NCBI GenBank assembly: GCA_963779925.1
Contig: CAVZZS010000011.1
Location: 34,974 to 98,973, forward strand
DNA length: 64,000 nucleotides
Direction: 5' to 3'
From: an uncultured Nanoarchaeota archaeon
GTDB taxonomy: Archaea > Nanobdellota > Nanobdellia > Pacearchaeales > GW2011-AR1
Translations under genes and position numbers: made by a program
The notes under the pieces: model-generated
The model's input: only the letters and a program-made list of their open reading frames with translations
The model's database searches: none
What the model was told of the DNA's origin: nothing
Shown: piece after piece, positions 6,821-15,981 of the stretch
How the letters are laid out: every line of letters begins with the position of its first letter
How positions within the stretch are numbered: position 1 is the stretch's first letter

Positions 6821-9526
6821 ATGAGATTTAACTTTAAGAAAATCGCAGCAATAGGAGCTAGCGTATTATTAGCAGGTATGACATCAGGCTTTGCCGCTGC
6901 AGCTGCTTTCCCTGCACCTTTCGTGCAGAATGGAGTAGCTAATGTAGCAATTGTCTATGGTACTGGCGCAGGAGTTTCTCCTCTGGATGTGGTTCAGGCA
7001 GGAAATATCCAGTCTGCATTACAAACATATGTAGGAACAACATCTAGTGGTTCTACCACTATTATCCCTGCAAGCGGAGAAATTGCAACTTTAGATACAA
7101 CTGCATCAAGAATTTGGTTAAATGCGTCTTTAAACAGCGTTAATCAGGTTTTCACAAACTTGAATATGCCAAATACTCTTGCCGTTACTAACTTTGCAGG
7201 TACTCCAAATGTTCAGGTTTCCCCATCTATAGTTATTGGATCCGGTTTAACTGCTGGAGCAGATAACTCTGGTAAGGTTATCCTTACAAAACAGCCAGGT
7301 TCATCTAATGACCCTATGGTTAAGGTAAGTATTGGAACAGTGGCTACAACTCCACTTTACAATACAACTATAACTTTCAGCCAGCCAGTCAACTTTACAG
7401 ATGCAGGTTCACAAGGACAAGTTCTTACTTTGTTCGGACAACCTTGGACTGTTGCTAGTAGTTCATCAGCTTCAAACGGACTAGTATTATTCGGAGCTGC
7501 ACAAACAGTAACCTTAGCTCAAGGATCAGGAGGCGCTTCAAGCGCAACTGTATCTATAAATGGAACTTCTCACACAGTTTCATTGGCTAATGTTGGTACA
7601 ACCACAGCATACATCTCTGTTGATGGAAGCAGCACACAGGCAATAACCGCAGGTTCATCCAAATTGATAAATGGAGTGAATATTGCAGTTACAAATGTCG
7701 CATCTTCCACTGCAGGCGGTAACACTGCTACAGTTTTAGTTGGAGCAAACCAATTAAGTTTCCTTGATGGGCAAGCTGTACAAATAGGTACAAACAATAA
7801 TCAGATACCAGGTACATATGTCTCCTTCCAAGGAGGTAGTGTATCTGCTTTGTCTAAATTGACTATTGGCGTATTCGCACCAAGTACACTTAATAATGTA
7901 ATCAATCCAGGTTCATCATTTGTTGACCCTGTATTTGGAGGATTCCAAGTTGCATTCGGCGGATTAGTAGGATCTGGAAATTATACTTCCCCTGGAAGTG
8001 TAGTTGTTTCAAACTCCGGTAACAGCGCCATGCAGATTGCATTTACAAACTGGAACTCTAATAAGGCATCATTTGTATTTGCTTACAACCAGACATCTGG
8101 AGGTACAAGCTATTACAATTTGTCAGATTCAAATGGAAATTCAATTTATCCATATGAACAAGCAAATTTGTCATTGAATCAGTACACACAAATAGGTACT
8201 GCAAACTATGGACATATGCTTCAATTGACAAGCGTTGTAAATAATACAAATGGACTTAACAACAAAGTTACGTTTAACGATGTAATGAGCGGTGTTTCAT
8301 ACACAGCAACAGCTGCATCGGGTGCTACAACAGCAACCTTGACGGTTGATGGAAGACAGTATACTATAACTTATGGTGGATCGGGATCAAGTGCTTGGGC
8401 TTGGATAAAATATCCAACAACAGATTCTCCAAGTACAACGACATCAGAGATATTGTATCCAACAATACAGACACAGAATGGAGCACAGATAGAGTTCTAT
8501 ACACCATTAAACATCAGTTTAAATGGTACATATTCTGGTGGTAACTCAATTGTTACTAATTCAGGAAATGTAAGCAACTTCTATCTTCCAAATGGCAATC
8601 AGAACGGGTTAACAGTTGAAGCTGTTATACCAGTTAGTGGTTTAGCCGGTATCTGGCAGAACTGGACTATTGGTGGAAGTACACTTTCAAATACCAGTAA
8701 TGCAACTGTAACAGTTGGTAGACTTACTTATGTATTCTATCAGCCAAATTCAGTTTCGTTTAATGCAACAAGTGTCGCATTATTGCAGCCTGGAAATACA
8801 ACTGCACTACAGATCTTACTACAGCCTTCTATAGTAGACCTTGAAGGAAAAGATGTTGGTGGATTGTATAATGCAGTAGTTTTAACAACACAGAATCCAG
8901 GTACAAACAGCAATCTTGTAGGAGTTTCATCAACTCCATACTTTACAACATCTTCTTACCAAAGCGGTTCGAAGGCATTGCAAAGCAATAACAAGCTTAC
9001 CCAATACATGGATTACATGGGAACTCTTTTGACAATTGATACAACAGTATCAGGACAGCCAATTGCAACCTTGAATAATGTAGCAGGTGCCCAACAGGCA
9101 TATGCACAATTATGGATTGGTTCAATCGGTTCATCTGTTTCAACATCAGGTGGTTCAAGCAGTTCACTAGGACAAATCCTTGTAAAGGATTCACAGATTT
9201 CATCTGTGGCACAAAGCAATTTGATCATTGTTGGTGGAAGCTGTATTAATTCAGCAGCCGCAACATTGGTTGGAGGACCTTACTGTGGAAGTGATTGGAC
9301 AGCTGCAACAAGCGTAGGTTCTGGACAATTCTTAATCCAGAGCTTTAACTCGACATTTGACCTTCCAACAGGAAATGCAATAGCATTACTTGTTGCTGGT
9401 TACGACACTCCGGATACTCTAAGTGCTGCAACTTACTTAGTAAACCAGAAGCCAGATACTTCTATGGGTACTAAATGGGTTGGAACAACTTCAACGAGTA
9501 CGGTAACAAACGTAACTGGTCACTAA
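6821..9526 (+). CDS. S-layer / major surface glycoprotein candidate
   Basis: The 901-aa protein has a GGAGG Shine-Dalgarno at 6807-6811 and a Sec signal (MRFNFKKIAAIGASVLLAGMTSGFAAAAA). It is extremely Thr/Ser/Gly/Asn-rich with dozens of N-x-S/T sequons. The C-terminal IIVGGSCINSAAATLVGG motif resembles archaeal S-layer C-terminal domains. A T-rich terminator follows. Confidence 0.5.
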   Translation: MRFNFKKIAAIGASVLLAGMTSGFAAAAAFPAPFVQNGVANVAIVYGTGAGVSPLDVVQAGNIQSALQTYVGTTSSGSTTIIPASGEIATLDTTASRIWLNASLNSVNQVFTNLNMPNTLAVTNFAGTPNVQVSPSIVIGSGLTAGADNSGKVILTKQPGSSNDPMVKVSIGTVATTPLYNTTITFSQPVNFTDAGSQGQVLTLFGQPWTVASSSSASNGLVLFGAAQTVTLAQGSGGASSATVSINGTSHTVSLANVGTTTAYISVDGSSTQAITAGSSKLINGVNIAVTNVASSTAGGNTATVLVGANQLSFLDGQAVQIGTNNNQIPGTYVSFQGGSVSALSKLTIGVFAPSTLNNVINPGSSFVDPVFGGFQVAFGGLVGSGNYTSPGSVVVSNSGNSAMQIAFTNWNSNKASFVFAYNQTSGGTSYYNLSDSNGNSIYPYEQANLSLNQYTQIGTANYGHMLQLTSVVNNTNGLNNKVTFNDVMSGVSYTATAASGATTATLTVDGRQYTITYGGSGSSAWAWIKYPTTDSPSTTTSEILYPTIQTQNGAQIEFYTPLNISLNGTYSGGNSIVTNSGNVSNFYLPNGNQNGLTVEAVIPVSGLAGIWQNWTIGGSTLSNTSNATVTVGRLTYVFYQPNSVSFNATSVALLQPGNTTALQILLQPSIVDLEGKDVGGLYNAVVLTTQNPGTNSNLVGVSSTPYFTTSSYQSGSKALQSNNKLTQYMDYMGTLLTIDTTVSGQPIATLNNVAGAQQAYAQLWIGSIGSSVSTSGGSSSSLGQILVKDSQISSVAQSNLIIVGGSCINSAAATLVGGPYCGSDWTAATSVGSGQFLIQSFNSTFDLPTGNAIALLVAGYDTPDTLSAATYLVNQKPDTSMGTKWVGTTSTSTVTNVTGH

Positions 9527-9532
9527 GCTGAC

Positions 9533-9580
9533 AAAAAAATTTTATTTTTTTCTTTTTCTTTTTTTTTAACAACCTGGCGA
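9533..9580 (+). terminator. oligo-T archaeal terminator after the S-layer gene
   Basis: aaaaaaattttatttttttctttttctttttttttaa lies immediately 3' of the stop at 9526. Confidence 0.4.
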
Positions 9581-9642
9581 GAGCTAGATTTATAGACGTG
9601 AAAACCAATAAAGTTATAAATGACAAAAAATAAAAAATAGCT

Positions 9643-10203
9643 ATGAGAAAAATAATTTCAAAATATGAAGAAGAAAAGAAGAAAAAACGAAACCAGTATA
9701 TTGTTGGAGGAGTTTTAATGTTAGTGATGCTTGTCAGTGTTCTTGGCTATGCCTTTCCCCAAGGACAATTGGTAAATACGGGAAGTTCAAATGTAACTTC
9801 GACTTATAACGGAATAACATTCACAAATCAAAATGGTCTTTGGACTGTTAATTATAAAAATCAACGTCTGGTGTTCACTTATCCCCCTTCGCAGGTTACT
9901 TCTGATTTAACTAACCTTACTGAAAATATTAATGATCTTTCAGGAAAGCCCCTCTATATTTATTCAGATGATAACAATGCCCAATCGGAGATTAGCATGA
10001 ATTTGGCAGAATTCGTAAATGGAATAATCCCTCTGCAAAGTCTTTCGGAAAAAGATTGCACAAAAAACGAAATAATAATCCAAAATTCTTCGACATCTTC
10101 CATTAACCAAGACCAAAACTGCATTATGATTTCGGGGCAAGGGCAAGATTTAATAGCATCAACAGACAATGTTTTGTTTAAGCTATTCGGGATAAAACAA
10201 TGA
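9643..10203 (+). CDS. hypothetical N-terminally anchored extracellular protein
   Basis: A basic N-terminus is followed by one TM helix (YIVGGVLMLVMLVSVLGYAF) and an Asn/Ser/Thr-rich ectodomain. It overlaps the next gene by 4 nt. Confidence 0.4.
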   Translation: MRKIISKYEEEKKKKRNQYIVGGVLMLVMLVSVLGYAFPQGQLVNTGSSNVTSTYNGITFTNQNGLWTVNYKNQRLVFTYPPSQVTSDLTNLTENINDLSGKPLYIYSDDNNAQSEISMNLAEFVNGIIPLQSLSEKDCTKNEIIIQNSSTSSINQDQNCIMISGQGQDLIASTDNVLFKLFGIKQ

Positions 10204-10931
10204 GCGAAAAAAAAGTAATAAAAAAGGCAAATAAAAAAGTTGACGAAGAGAAAAAGAGAATTGAAGCCGAGAAATTTGTATATGAAAAAGCTAAGGAGGC
10301 AGAACAGATAGAAGAGAAGAAAGAAGATCAAGAAAAGCCGGGCGAAAAGCTTGTTGAAAAAGAAAGCAAGGTATTGAGAAATCTTTTGCTTGTTTTAGGA
10401 TTAATCGTTGTTGTTATTGGATTCATTCTAATCCTGAATAATACATCAAAGAATTTTACTGTTGATGGCGTCAAGTATACCGTGCTCCAGCAGGGCCAAT
10501 TGACTTTGTATAATACATGGATTCCGGTAATGTATAATGGAAGCCTTAGACAGTATAATTTCTATCTTTATAGCGATCCCAGAATTATAGAGAGAAAAGT
10601 CCCTTTCAATGGCAGCATAGTTATAGTTCCGCAGTCAACAGTGATTTTAAACATAACTGGAAATCTGAATTGCAATGGAGATGGAATAATCGCTGTTGCA
10701 AATCTGAACACGCTCTATAGCTTAATAGGAAAGGTAACAAAAGATTCAAATGCTACCTGCGATTCTTCAGGAAGATATATTTTTATAAATATACAAAATT
10801 CCAGCGAAACAAGCATTCAGGAAATTGCACCCGCATGCTATAACATAAACGTGAACAATTGCCAGATACTAGCCGGAGTTGAAAGATATATGACTCAGAC
10901 ATTCTCTACGATTCATAATCTCTCCCAATAG
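10200..10931 (+). CDS. hypothetical type II membrane protein
   Basis: A Lys/Glu-rich cytoplasmic N-terminus is followed by a TM helix (LLLVLGLIVVVIGFILIL) and an extracellular domain with Cys and N-x-S/T sequons. Confidence 0.4.
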   Translation: MSEKKVIKKANKKVDEEKKRIEAEKFVYEKAKEAEQIEEKKEDQEKPGEKLVEKESKVLRNLLLVLGLIVVVIGFILILNNTSKNFTVDGVKYTVLQQGQLTLYNTWIPVMYNGSLRQYNFYLYSDPRIIERKVPFNGSIVIVPQSTVILNITGNLNCNGDGIIAVANLNTLYSLIGKVTKDSNATCDSSGRYIFINIQNSSETSIQEIAPACYNINVNNCQILAGVERYMTQTFSTIHNLSQ

Positions 10932-11564
10932 TTAATTAGATTTCTTTCTTTGCCTTCTGATAAATATTATATAAGAAGTTATAATCAAAATCGATATTAC
11001 AATTAGAGATATTGTGATCAGTATCGGATGCCTTGCGATAAATGCCTGATGCTTATCTGCAAGCCAGCCAGCATAGATCAAAACCATGCTCCAGAACCCT
11101 GCACCGAGAGCTGTGAACAGGCAAAATCTGTTTAGGTCCATTCTTGAAAACCCTGCAGGCAATGAAATAAGATGCCTTATTCCCGGAAGAAGTCTCCCGA
11201 TAAAAGTTGTAATCTCACCATGAGTCTCAAAATATTTATCTGTCCTATCTAGTTCATTTTTATTTATTAAAAAGACTTTTCCATATTTTGAAACCAAATG
11301 ATTTACGACCCTTCGTCCAAGGGATAATGCAAGAACGTAATTTATAAGAGCGCCGAAAACACTGCCTAATATAGCGGAGAAGAGGGTTATAGCGAAACTC
11401 ATTTTTCCTTGAGATATCAGGGCTCCGGCAGGGATTAAAACAAGCTCGCTAGGGAGCGGAAAAAAAGAACTCTCAATAGTCATTCCTATGAAGATTCCGA
11501 TATATCCCAATTTTTCTACAGCACTCAGCAAATAAGCAACAATCGGAGCAATAAAAGTAATCAT
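10932..11564 (-). CDS. DedA/VTT-domain family membrane protein
   Basis: The segment IESSFFPLPSELVLIPAGAL is DedA-like. Size and TM pattern fit the family. Confidence 0.7.
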   Translation of the reverse strand: MITFIAPIVAYLLSAVEKLGYIGIFIGMTIESSFFPLPSELVLIPAGALISQGKMSFAITLFSAILGSVFGALINYVLALSLGRRVVNHLVSKYGKVFLINKNELDRTDKYFETHGEITTFIGRLLPGIRHLISLPAGFSRMDLNRFCLFTALGAGFWSMVLIYAGWLADKHQAFIARHPILITISLIVISILIITSYIIFIRRQRKKSN

Positions 11565-12100
11565 CTTTTTCTAATTTGTTTTATCAGTAATTTTATATCT
11601 GAATAGACAGGGATTTCTTTTAAATTATAAATCTTCACTTCTGCAAACCAAATTCCGACGACAAAAAGCGTGCCGAAAACATACCAGACTATCTCATGAG
11701 TTATATTAAATGCTGAATTTTCCTGCATGTATACAAGAATGAGAGAGACAATCCTCAGAATATTCAAAACCAAGAGAGACAGGAATGAAAATAGAATCAT
11801 GCTTACTCTTTTTTTCGGTTTTATATTCGGGATAGACATATTAAAAATGAAGAGCAAATAATAGGCAGAGCCAGCTATACACGCTTCAATCAAAACTATT
11901 GGAATTGAATTGTTGATAAAGAGAGTGTTTCCCAAAAGAGATGTATTAAAAAATAATTTGATCAGAAAATAAACTGGATAAACGGTCAAGGGTGTGAATA
12001 TGGCGTAAAAAATCCAGAGATTAAATAATGCTGCCAATATCAAGAGAAAATATCTAAGTATGATTCCAGAAATGCTTAAATTCGATTTTTTCTTCTTCAT
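11561..12100 (-). CDS. small exosortase/archaeosortase-family protein candidate
   Basis: A 179-aa polytopic protein. It has Cys in LIEACIAGS and Arg in NILRIVSL about 42 residues apart, matching the catalytic Cys...Arg spacing of ArtA/EpsH-type sortases. It is co-oriented with a downstream surface protein that carries a C-terminal sorting-like tail. Confidence 0.45.
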   Translation of the reverse strand: MKKKKSNLSISGIILRYFLLILAALFNLWIFYAIFTPLTVYPVYFLIKLFFNTSLLGNTLFINNSIPIVLIEACIAGSAYYLLFIFNMSIPNIKPKKRVSMILFSFLSLLVLNILRIVSLILVYMQENSAFNITHEIVWYVFGTLFVVGIWFAEVKIYNLKEIPVYSDIKLLIKQIRKR

Positions 12101-12148
12101 TTTATAAAAGAGGGTAATCTATTTAAATAACTTTTTTTTAGTCGAATA

Positions 12149-12781
12149 ATGCAGAATAAAAAGAGATGGTTGATTCTAATTTTAGCCTTTATGATAATTC
12201 TGGGCTTGAGTTTTTATTTTGACAAAGAAATAGTAACCTTCTTCTCATCGTTAAGGAACCTTTATCTTGATGGGCTATTTCTTGGAACAAGACTTCTTGA
12301 TACATCAATCTTTATTGTAATCTTTTTGACACTTTTATTATTATGGAAGAAAAAGAAGAGAGAATGGCTTCTGCCGCTATGGCTTACCATGGGCATTACT
12401 GCAATTGTCAGTTTTGTCCTGAAGGTCTTGGTCCATAGGATAAGGCCTTTCTCCGCAGGAGTTGTATCGCTGGCTTCCGGAATAACCGCAAGTGCAAGCT
12501 ACCTTGTCTGGGATTTTTCTTTCCCTTCATTTGATACCGCTTTTGCATTTTGCGTAGTTCCTATCTTATCCAAACTTTATCCTAAGCTAAAATATCTCTG
12601 GATTGGATTCGCAGCATTGGTGGCTCTATCGCGAGTTTATTTCGGAGTGCATTATCTAAGCGATGTAATCTCTGGAGGCTTGATTGGATATTTAATCGGA
12701 TGGGCAATCGTTAATATTGAAGATAAAACTAAATTCTTCAAGAAATTTTACAGAAAAGTTTTCAAGAATAAGAAGAAATAA
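12149..12781 (+). CDS. PAP2-family membrane phosphatase (lipid-carrier pyrophosphatase-like)
   Basis: The three PAP2 motifs are present: KVLVHRIRPF (Kx6RP), SFPSFDT (PSGH-like) and SRVYFGVHYLSDVISG (SRx5Hx3D). Confidence 0.7.
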   Translation: MQNKKRWLILILAFMIILGLSFYFDKEIVTFFSSLRNLYLDGLFLGTRLLDTSIFIVIFLTLLLLWKKKKREWLLPLWLTMGITAIVSFVLKVLVHRIRPFSAGVVSLASGITASASYLVWDFSFPSFDTAFAFCVVPILSKLYPKLKYLWIGFAALVALSRVYFGVHYLSDVISGGLIGYLIGWAIVNIEDKTKFFKKFYRKVFKNKKK

Positions 12782-12783
12782 AA

Positions 12784-14526
12784 TTACTTTCTTTTGAGTC
12801 TTACAGCAATAATTATTATTGCAACAATCAAAATCAAGATAAGCAATCCTAGTCCGCCTATCAATAAATAGCTTCCTGAAATTGCTCCACCTGTAATTGA
12901 TGAGAAACTGAATCCTGCAGAAGTTACTGGAACCGCTATTGGCTGCTTGGTTATCAAATATCCATTAGAGTAGGTATCCAAATATAACATCTGATTTCCA
13001 GCAGTTGCTGTAGGATCTATATTAAGATTCAAGGTTATATCTTGAGATTGCCCTGGTGCAAGAGTAATATTAATAGGGGAAATACCCGATAATGTTGCCC
13101 AAGAAGAATATCCTTCCAAGCCGAAATTGTAACTTACAGTTCTATTCCCGCTATTTGTAATTGTTGAAGATATTGTTAAAGGATTTCCAGCTTTTCCTCC
13201 CGATACAAGTTGTGCTGTTACTTGTGTGGTATCTGGTGTTGCATAAACACAACCGCCGGTTACCTGAACAAGAGTGTTAAAGTTCTGAGAAATTTGTTGA
13301 TAATCACTAAAGTATCCTCCATTGCCTTGACTATATTTGTAATAGACATTTATAGATGCAGGATAAGTCTTTGCATCTGCAGATAGAGGTATACTAAATG
13401 TTAAAGGAACTTGTACGCTATTTCCAGAATTTAGATCCTGGTATATAGTCTCATTCTGAGAAATTCCTAATTGTGGGCTTGAGAAGACAACTAAGATTTG
13501 GCTTTTTGAATAAGTGTTATCGCTTGGGCCAATATTGAATATTGTAGGAGTTAAAGTTAATTGCTGACCACAAGAAACTTGGGATATAACCGGCAAAGTA
13601 GTTGTGTCAACTATCACTGCTTTAGAAATTCCTTGAGAAGGTATGGAAATATCTGCTGCATAATCATTTGAACTTAAGTTTCCGGGAGCATTGAAGTTAT
13701 CATTTAAGTCAGATGAAGTAGAATAATCAACGCATAATTGGCTTTCTTTGCTCTGCTGAAATGCTTTTAGCATTAACAAATAATCATTATTGTTATTCAA
13801 ATTTGATATTATTGAGGGGTCTACTTTAAATTTGAATGTGTAGGTTTCGCTCGAATCTGCAGAAATGCTTATTCCTGTAACTTGATCATTATCTGGACTT
13901 ATCCAAGTCATATCATTAATAATATTCCCATTTGTCTGCTGATTGAATAATCCCAATTTGAAGTTTAGGTTATTAACATCTGTTGCGCCATTATTATATA
14001 CTTTAACTTGGACTTCAATTGTATCAAGAGGATTCCATGTATATGTACTTCCTGTTCCATCATTTGTTATCTTTAGAGATATTGAAAGATTGGAATCATT
14101 TGCATCGCCAGAATTACAAAAAGATTTTAGATAATTTAGTGTTATAGTTGTATTAGCGGTATTTATTGTATTAACACTAGTGGGAGGAGTTCCCGTTGTA
14201 ATTGTTGTAACATTTGTTCCATTAACTTGTAAATTCAATGAAGAACTTCCATAATTTGTTGAAATGCTGGTTAAAGTTACTTTCAAAGTTGTTGGAGTTG
14301 TATTAGTTATTGCAAATGAAGCTCCATTAGTGTCCGTCAAGATTGAAGGAAAAGCAATATTATTCAGAGTTGAATCATTACCTAATAATATAATTTGTGA
14401 ACTTCCAACTTGTGTAAATGTTAAAGAAGCAGGATTTGAAGTTAATGTCAGAGCGCTTATTGAAGAAATAAATAAGGTGAGAGCAACAAGGCTCAATGCA
14501 AAAACTGCGAATGATTTGACTTTCAT
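12784..14526 (-). CDS. surface (glyco)protein with Sec signal and C-terminal tripartite sorting signal
   Basis: The N-terminus is MKVKSFAVFALSLVALTLFISSISA. The 580-aa body is Asn/Ser/Thr-rich with many sequons. The C-terminus GGAISGSYLLIGGLGLLILILIVAIIIIAVRLKRK has a Gly/Ser stretch, a TM helix and a basic tail. Confidence 0.55.
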   Translation of the reverse strand: MKVKSFAVFALSLVALTLFISSISALTLTSNPASLTFTQVGSSQIILLGNDSTLNNIAFPSILTDTNGASFAITNTTPTTLKVTLTSISTNYGSSSLNLQVNGTNVTTITTGTPPTSVNTINTANTTITLNYLKSFCNSGDANDSNLSISLKITNDGTGSTYTWNPLDTIEVQVKVYNNGATDVNNLNFKLGLFNQQTNGNIINDMTWISPDNDQVTGISISADSSETYTFKFKVDPSIISNLNNNNDYLLMLKAFQQSKESQLCVDYSTSSDLNDNFNAPGNLSSNDYAADISIPSQGISKAVIVDTTTLPVISQVSCGQQLTLTPTIFNIGPSDNTYSKSQILVVFSSPQLGISQNETIYQDLNSGNSVQVPLTFSIPLSADAKTYPASINVYYKYSQGNGGYFSDYQQISQNFNTLVQVTGGCVYATPDTTQVTAQLVSGGKAGNPLTISSTITNSGNRTVSYNFGLEGYSSWATLSGISPINITLAPGQSQDITLNLNIDPTATAGNQMLYLDTYSNGYLITKQPIAVPVTSAGFSFSSITGGAISGSYLLIGGLGLLILILIVAIIIIAVRLKRK

Positions 14527-14669
14527 TTGTAATTGTAAAGGAGTTGCGGCCTATTAAAAGCATTTGTATAATTTAATATATCATAATAAGAGCCAATAGT
14601 CTCTGTATAACAGCGACGACAAATAATTTAAAAAATACTTAGAATGAAATTGTAAGCGGTCTAGAATAA

Positions 14670-15074
14670 TTAATATCCGTCATCAAATCTGTTTGCAGGC
14701 TTCTTATCATCAAGAATCACTTCTGCTTCTCTGTCTACTTTTGCGAAAGAAGGAGTAGCGATTACAATATTCTCTCTGAACCCTACAATGCTTCCATCAA
14801 GAGCGTCTGTTGTCTTTTTTATCTTTGAGATAGCCCTTTTTAATTCAATAGGGTCTTTTTGCCTCAAGATTTTTGTTTCAATGATTGCAATTGTATAGCC
14901 TTGCCTTAAAGCTTCAAGAATTTTGTTAACATCTTCATAATGTTTCAATACAAAAAGCTTAATCATAACCTTGTGTTCTTCTTTTGCCTGATTCAAATCA
15001 ATTTCCAGATAATCTTCATCAGATCCTTTTTCGGATTTTCCCGTTAGACTTTTTCTTAATTTATCGAACACCAT
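14670..15074 (-). CDS. sepF: SepF-like cell division protein
   Basis: The C-terminal region (KVMIKLFVLKHYEDVNKILEALRQGYTIAIIETKIL...DGSIVGFRENIVIATPSFAKV) matches SepF/DUF552 architecture. FtsZ lies nearby. Confidence 0.55.
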   Translation of the reverse strand: MVFDKLRKSLTGKSEKGSDEDYLEIDLNQAKEEHKVMIKLFVLKHYEDVNKILEALRQGYTIAIIETKILRQKDPIELKRAISKIKKTTDALDGSIVGFRENIVIATPSFAKVDREAEVILDDKKPANRFDDGY

Positions 15075-15113
15075 GATAGTTTTAAAATGCTGATATTTAT
15101 AAAGATTTCGTAA

Positions 15114-15431
15114 CTATTTTGCGATATTTGAGAATTTATTTCTTAATTCGTCCAATCTTTTTGCAAGAGCGTCCTCCTGCTTCTCTATGGATTTTATTCT
15201 CATGTTCAATATTTTTTCTTTATTCAACAATTCTTCATTCACTTTTTCCTTATCTGACTTGATCATCAGCTCTCCAATCAGCTTAAAAACCTCTCCGGAT
15301 TTCTCAATCTCCTTCAAAGCAGACTTTGTTTCCGATAATTCCATCTGAAAGGCTTCTTTCTGGAGAAGAATATTATGGAGATTCTGATCTAATATCTGCA
15401 TTTCCTGAATTTCTTCGTTTTTATCTTCCAT
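15114..15431 (-). CDS. pfdB: prefoldin beta subunit
   Basis: A 105-aa coiled-coil protein with a central hairpin region. It sits in the conserved L37ae-RpoP-PfdB context. Confidence 0.65.
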   Translation of the reverse strand: MEDKNEEIQEMQILDQNLHNILLQKEAFQMELSETKSALKEIEKSGEVFKLIGELMIKSDKEKVNEELLNKEKILNMRIKSIEKQEDALAKRLDELRNKFSNIAK

Positions 15432-15435
15432 AGAA

Positions 15436-15573
15436 TTATATTGCTTTTATTTTCTTGACCTTGGTCCTTGGCTTGTAGAAGATTTTGCTTCCGCATTTAG
15501 GGCAAACAAACCTTTTTTCCAATTCCGTATCTTTTATTGCTTTTCCGCACTTGAAACATTTGTATGTTGACAT
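15436..15573 (-). CDS. rpoP: DNA-directed RNA polymerase subunit P (Rpo12)
   Basis: MSTYKCFKCGKAIKDTELEKRFVCPKCGSKIFYKPR is a zinc ribbon with two CxxC pairs. The listed ORF starts at an upstream in-frame M; the internal ATG at 15571-15573 is preferred. Confidence 0.7.
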   Translation of the reverse strand: MSTYKCFKCGKAIKDTELEKRFVCPKCGSKIFYKPRTKVKKIKAI

Positions 15574-15604
15574 AGTATAATTTGTTATTATTGATTTATA
15601 AAGT

Positions 15605-15826
15605 TTAATTTGGCAAGTAGTAGACGTCCGATGCAAATCTTTTACCGCATTTTGAACATTCCCATATTCCTTTTGAAGTTCTCTTAGCATTCATTTTACC
15701 GCAGAAAGGGCATTTTTGTTTTATCCTTTGCTTTACTTCAACATCTGCAAGCTTATTTCTAACTTTCTTTCCATATCTTGCGCCAAATCTCCCTGCTGCT
15801 CTTACTTTTTTTGTTTTTGTGCTCAT
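15605..15826 (-). CDS. rpl37ae: 50S ribosomal protein L37Ae
   Basis: MSTKTKKVRAAGRFGARYGKKVRNK...CPFCGK...WECSKCGK is a C4 zinc ribbon. Confidence 0.85.
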   Translation of the reverse strand: MSTKTKKVRAAGRFGARYGKKVRNKLADVEVKQRIKQKCPFCGKMNAKRTSKGIWECSKCGKRFASDVYYLPN

Positions 15827-15863
15827 TTTATTCCTTACAAATCTTATTTTTTAAAGGTTTGGA

Positions 15864-15936
15864 TGGGGCTGCCCGGATTTGAACCGGGGTCGCGAGGTCC
15901 CAAACCTCGAAGGCTACCAGGCTACCCCACAGCCCC
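15864..15936 (-). tRNA. tRNA-Pro (anticodon UGG)
   Basis: The reverse complement folds as a cloverleaf. The acceptor GGGGCUG pairs with CAGCCCC. The anticodon stem CGAGG/CCUCG has loop UUUGGGA. The T-arm is CCCGG-UUCAAAU-CCGGG. The 5' end GGGGCUGUGGGGUAGCCUGGU is typical of archaeal tRNA-Pro. CCA is not encoded. Confidence 0.8.
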
Positions 15937-15981
15937 ATAATATTCCACAAAAGAGGTAAGAAATTTATAAAACTATGGGAT

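Noticed and set aside
15716-15940. 74-aa + strand ORF overlapping L37ae antisense and tRNA-Pro
   Set aside because: It overlaps a confident tRNA and a ribosomal protein gene on the other strand. Spurious.
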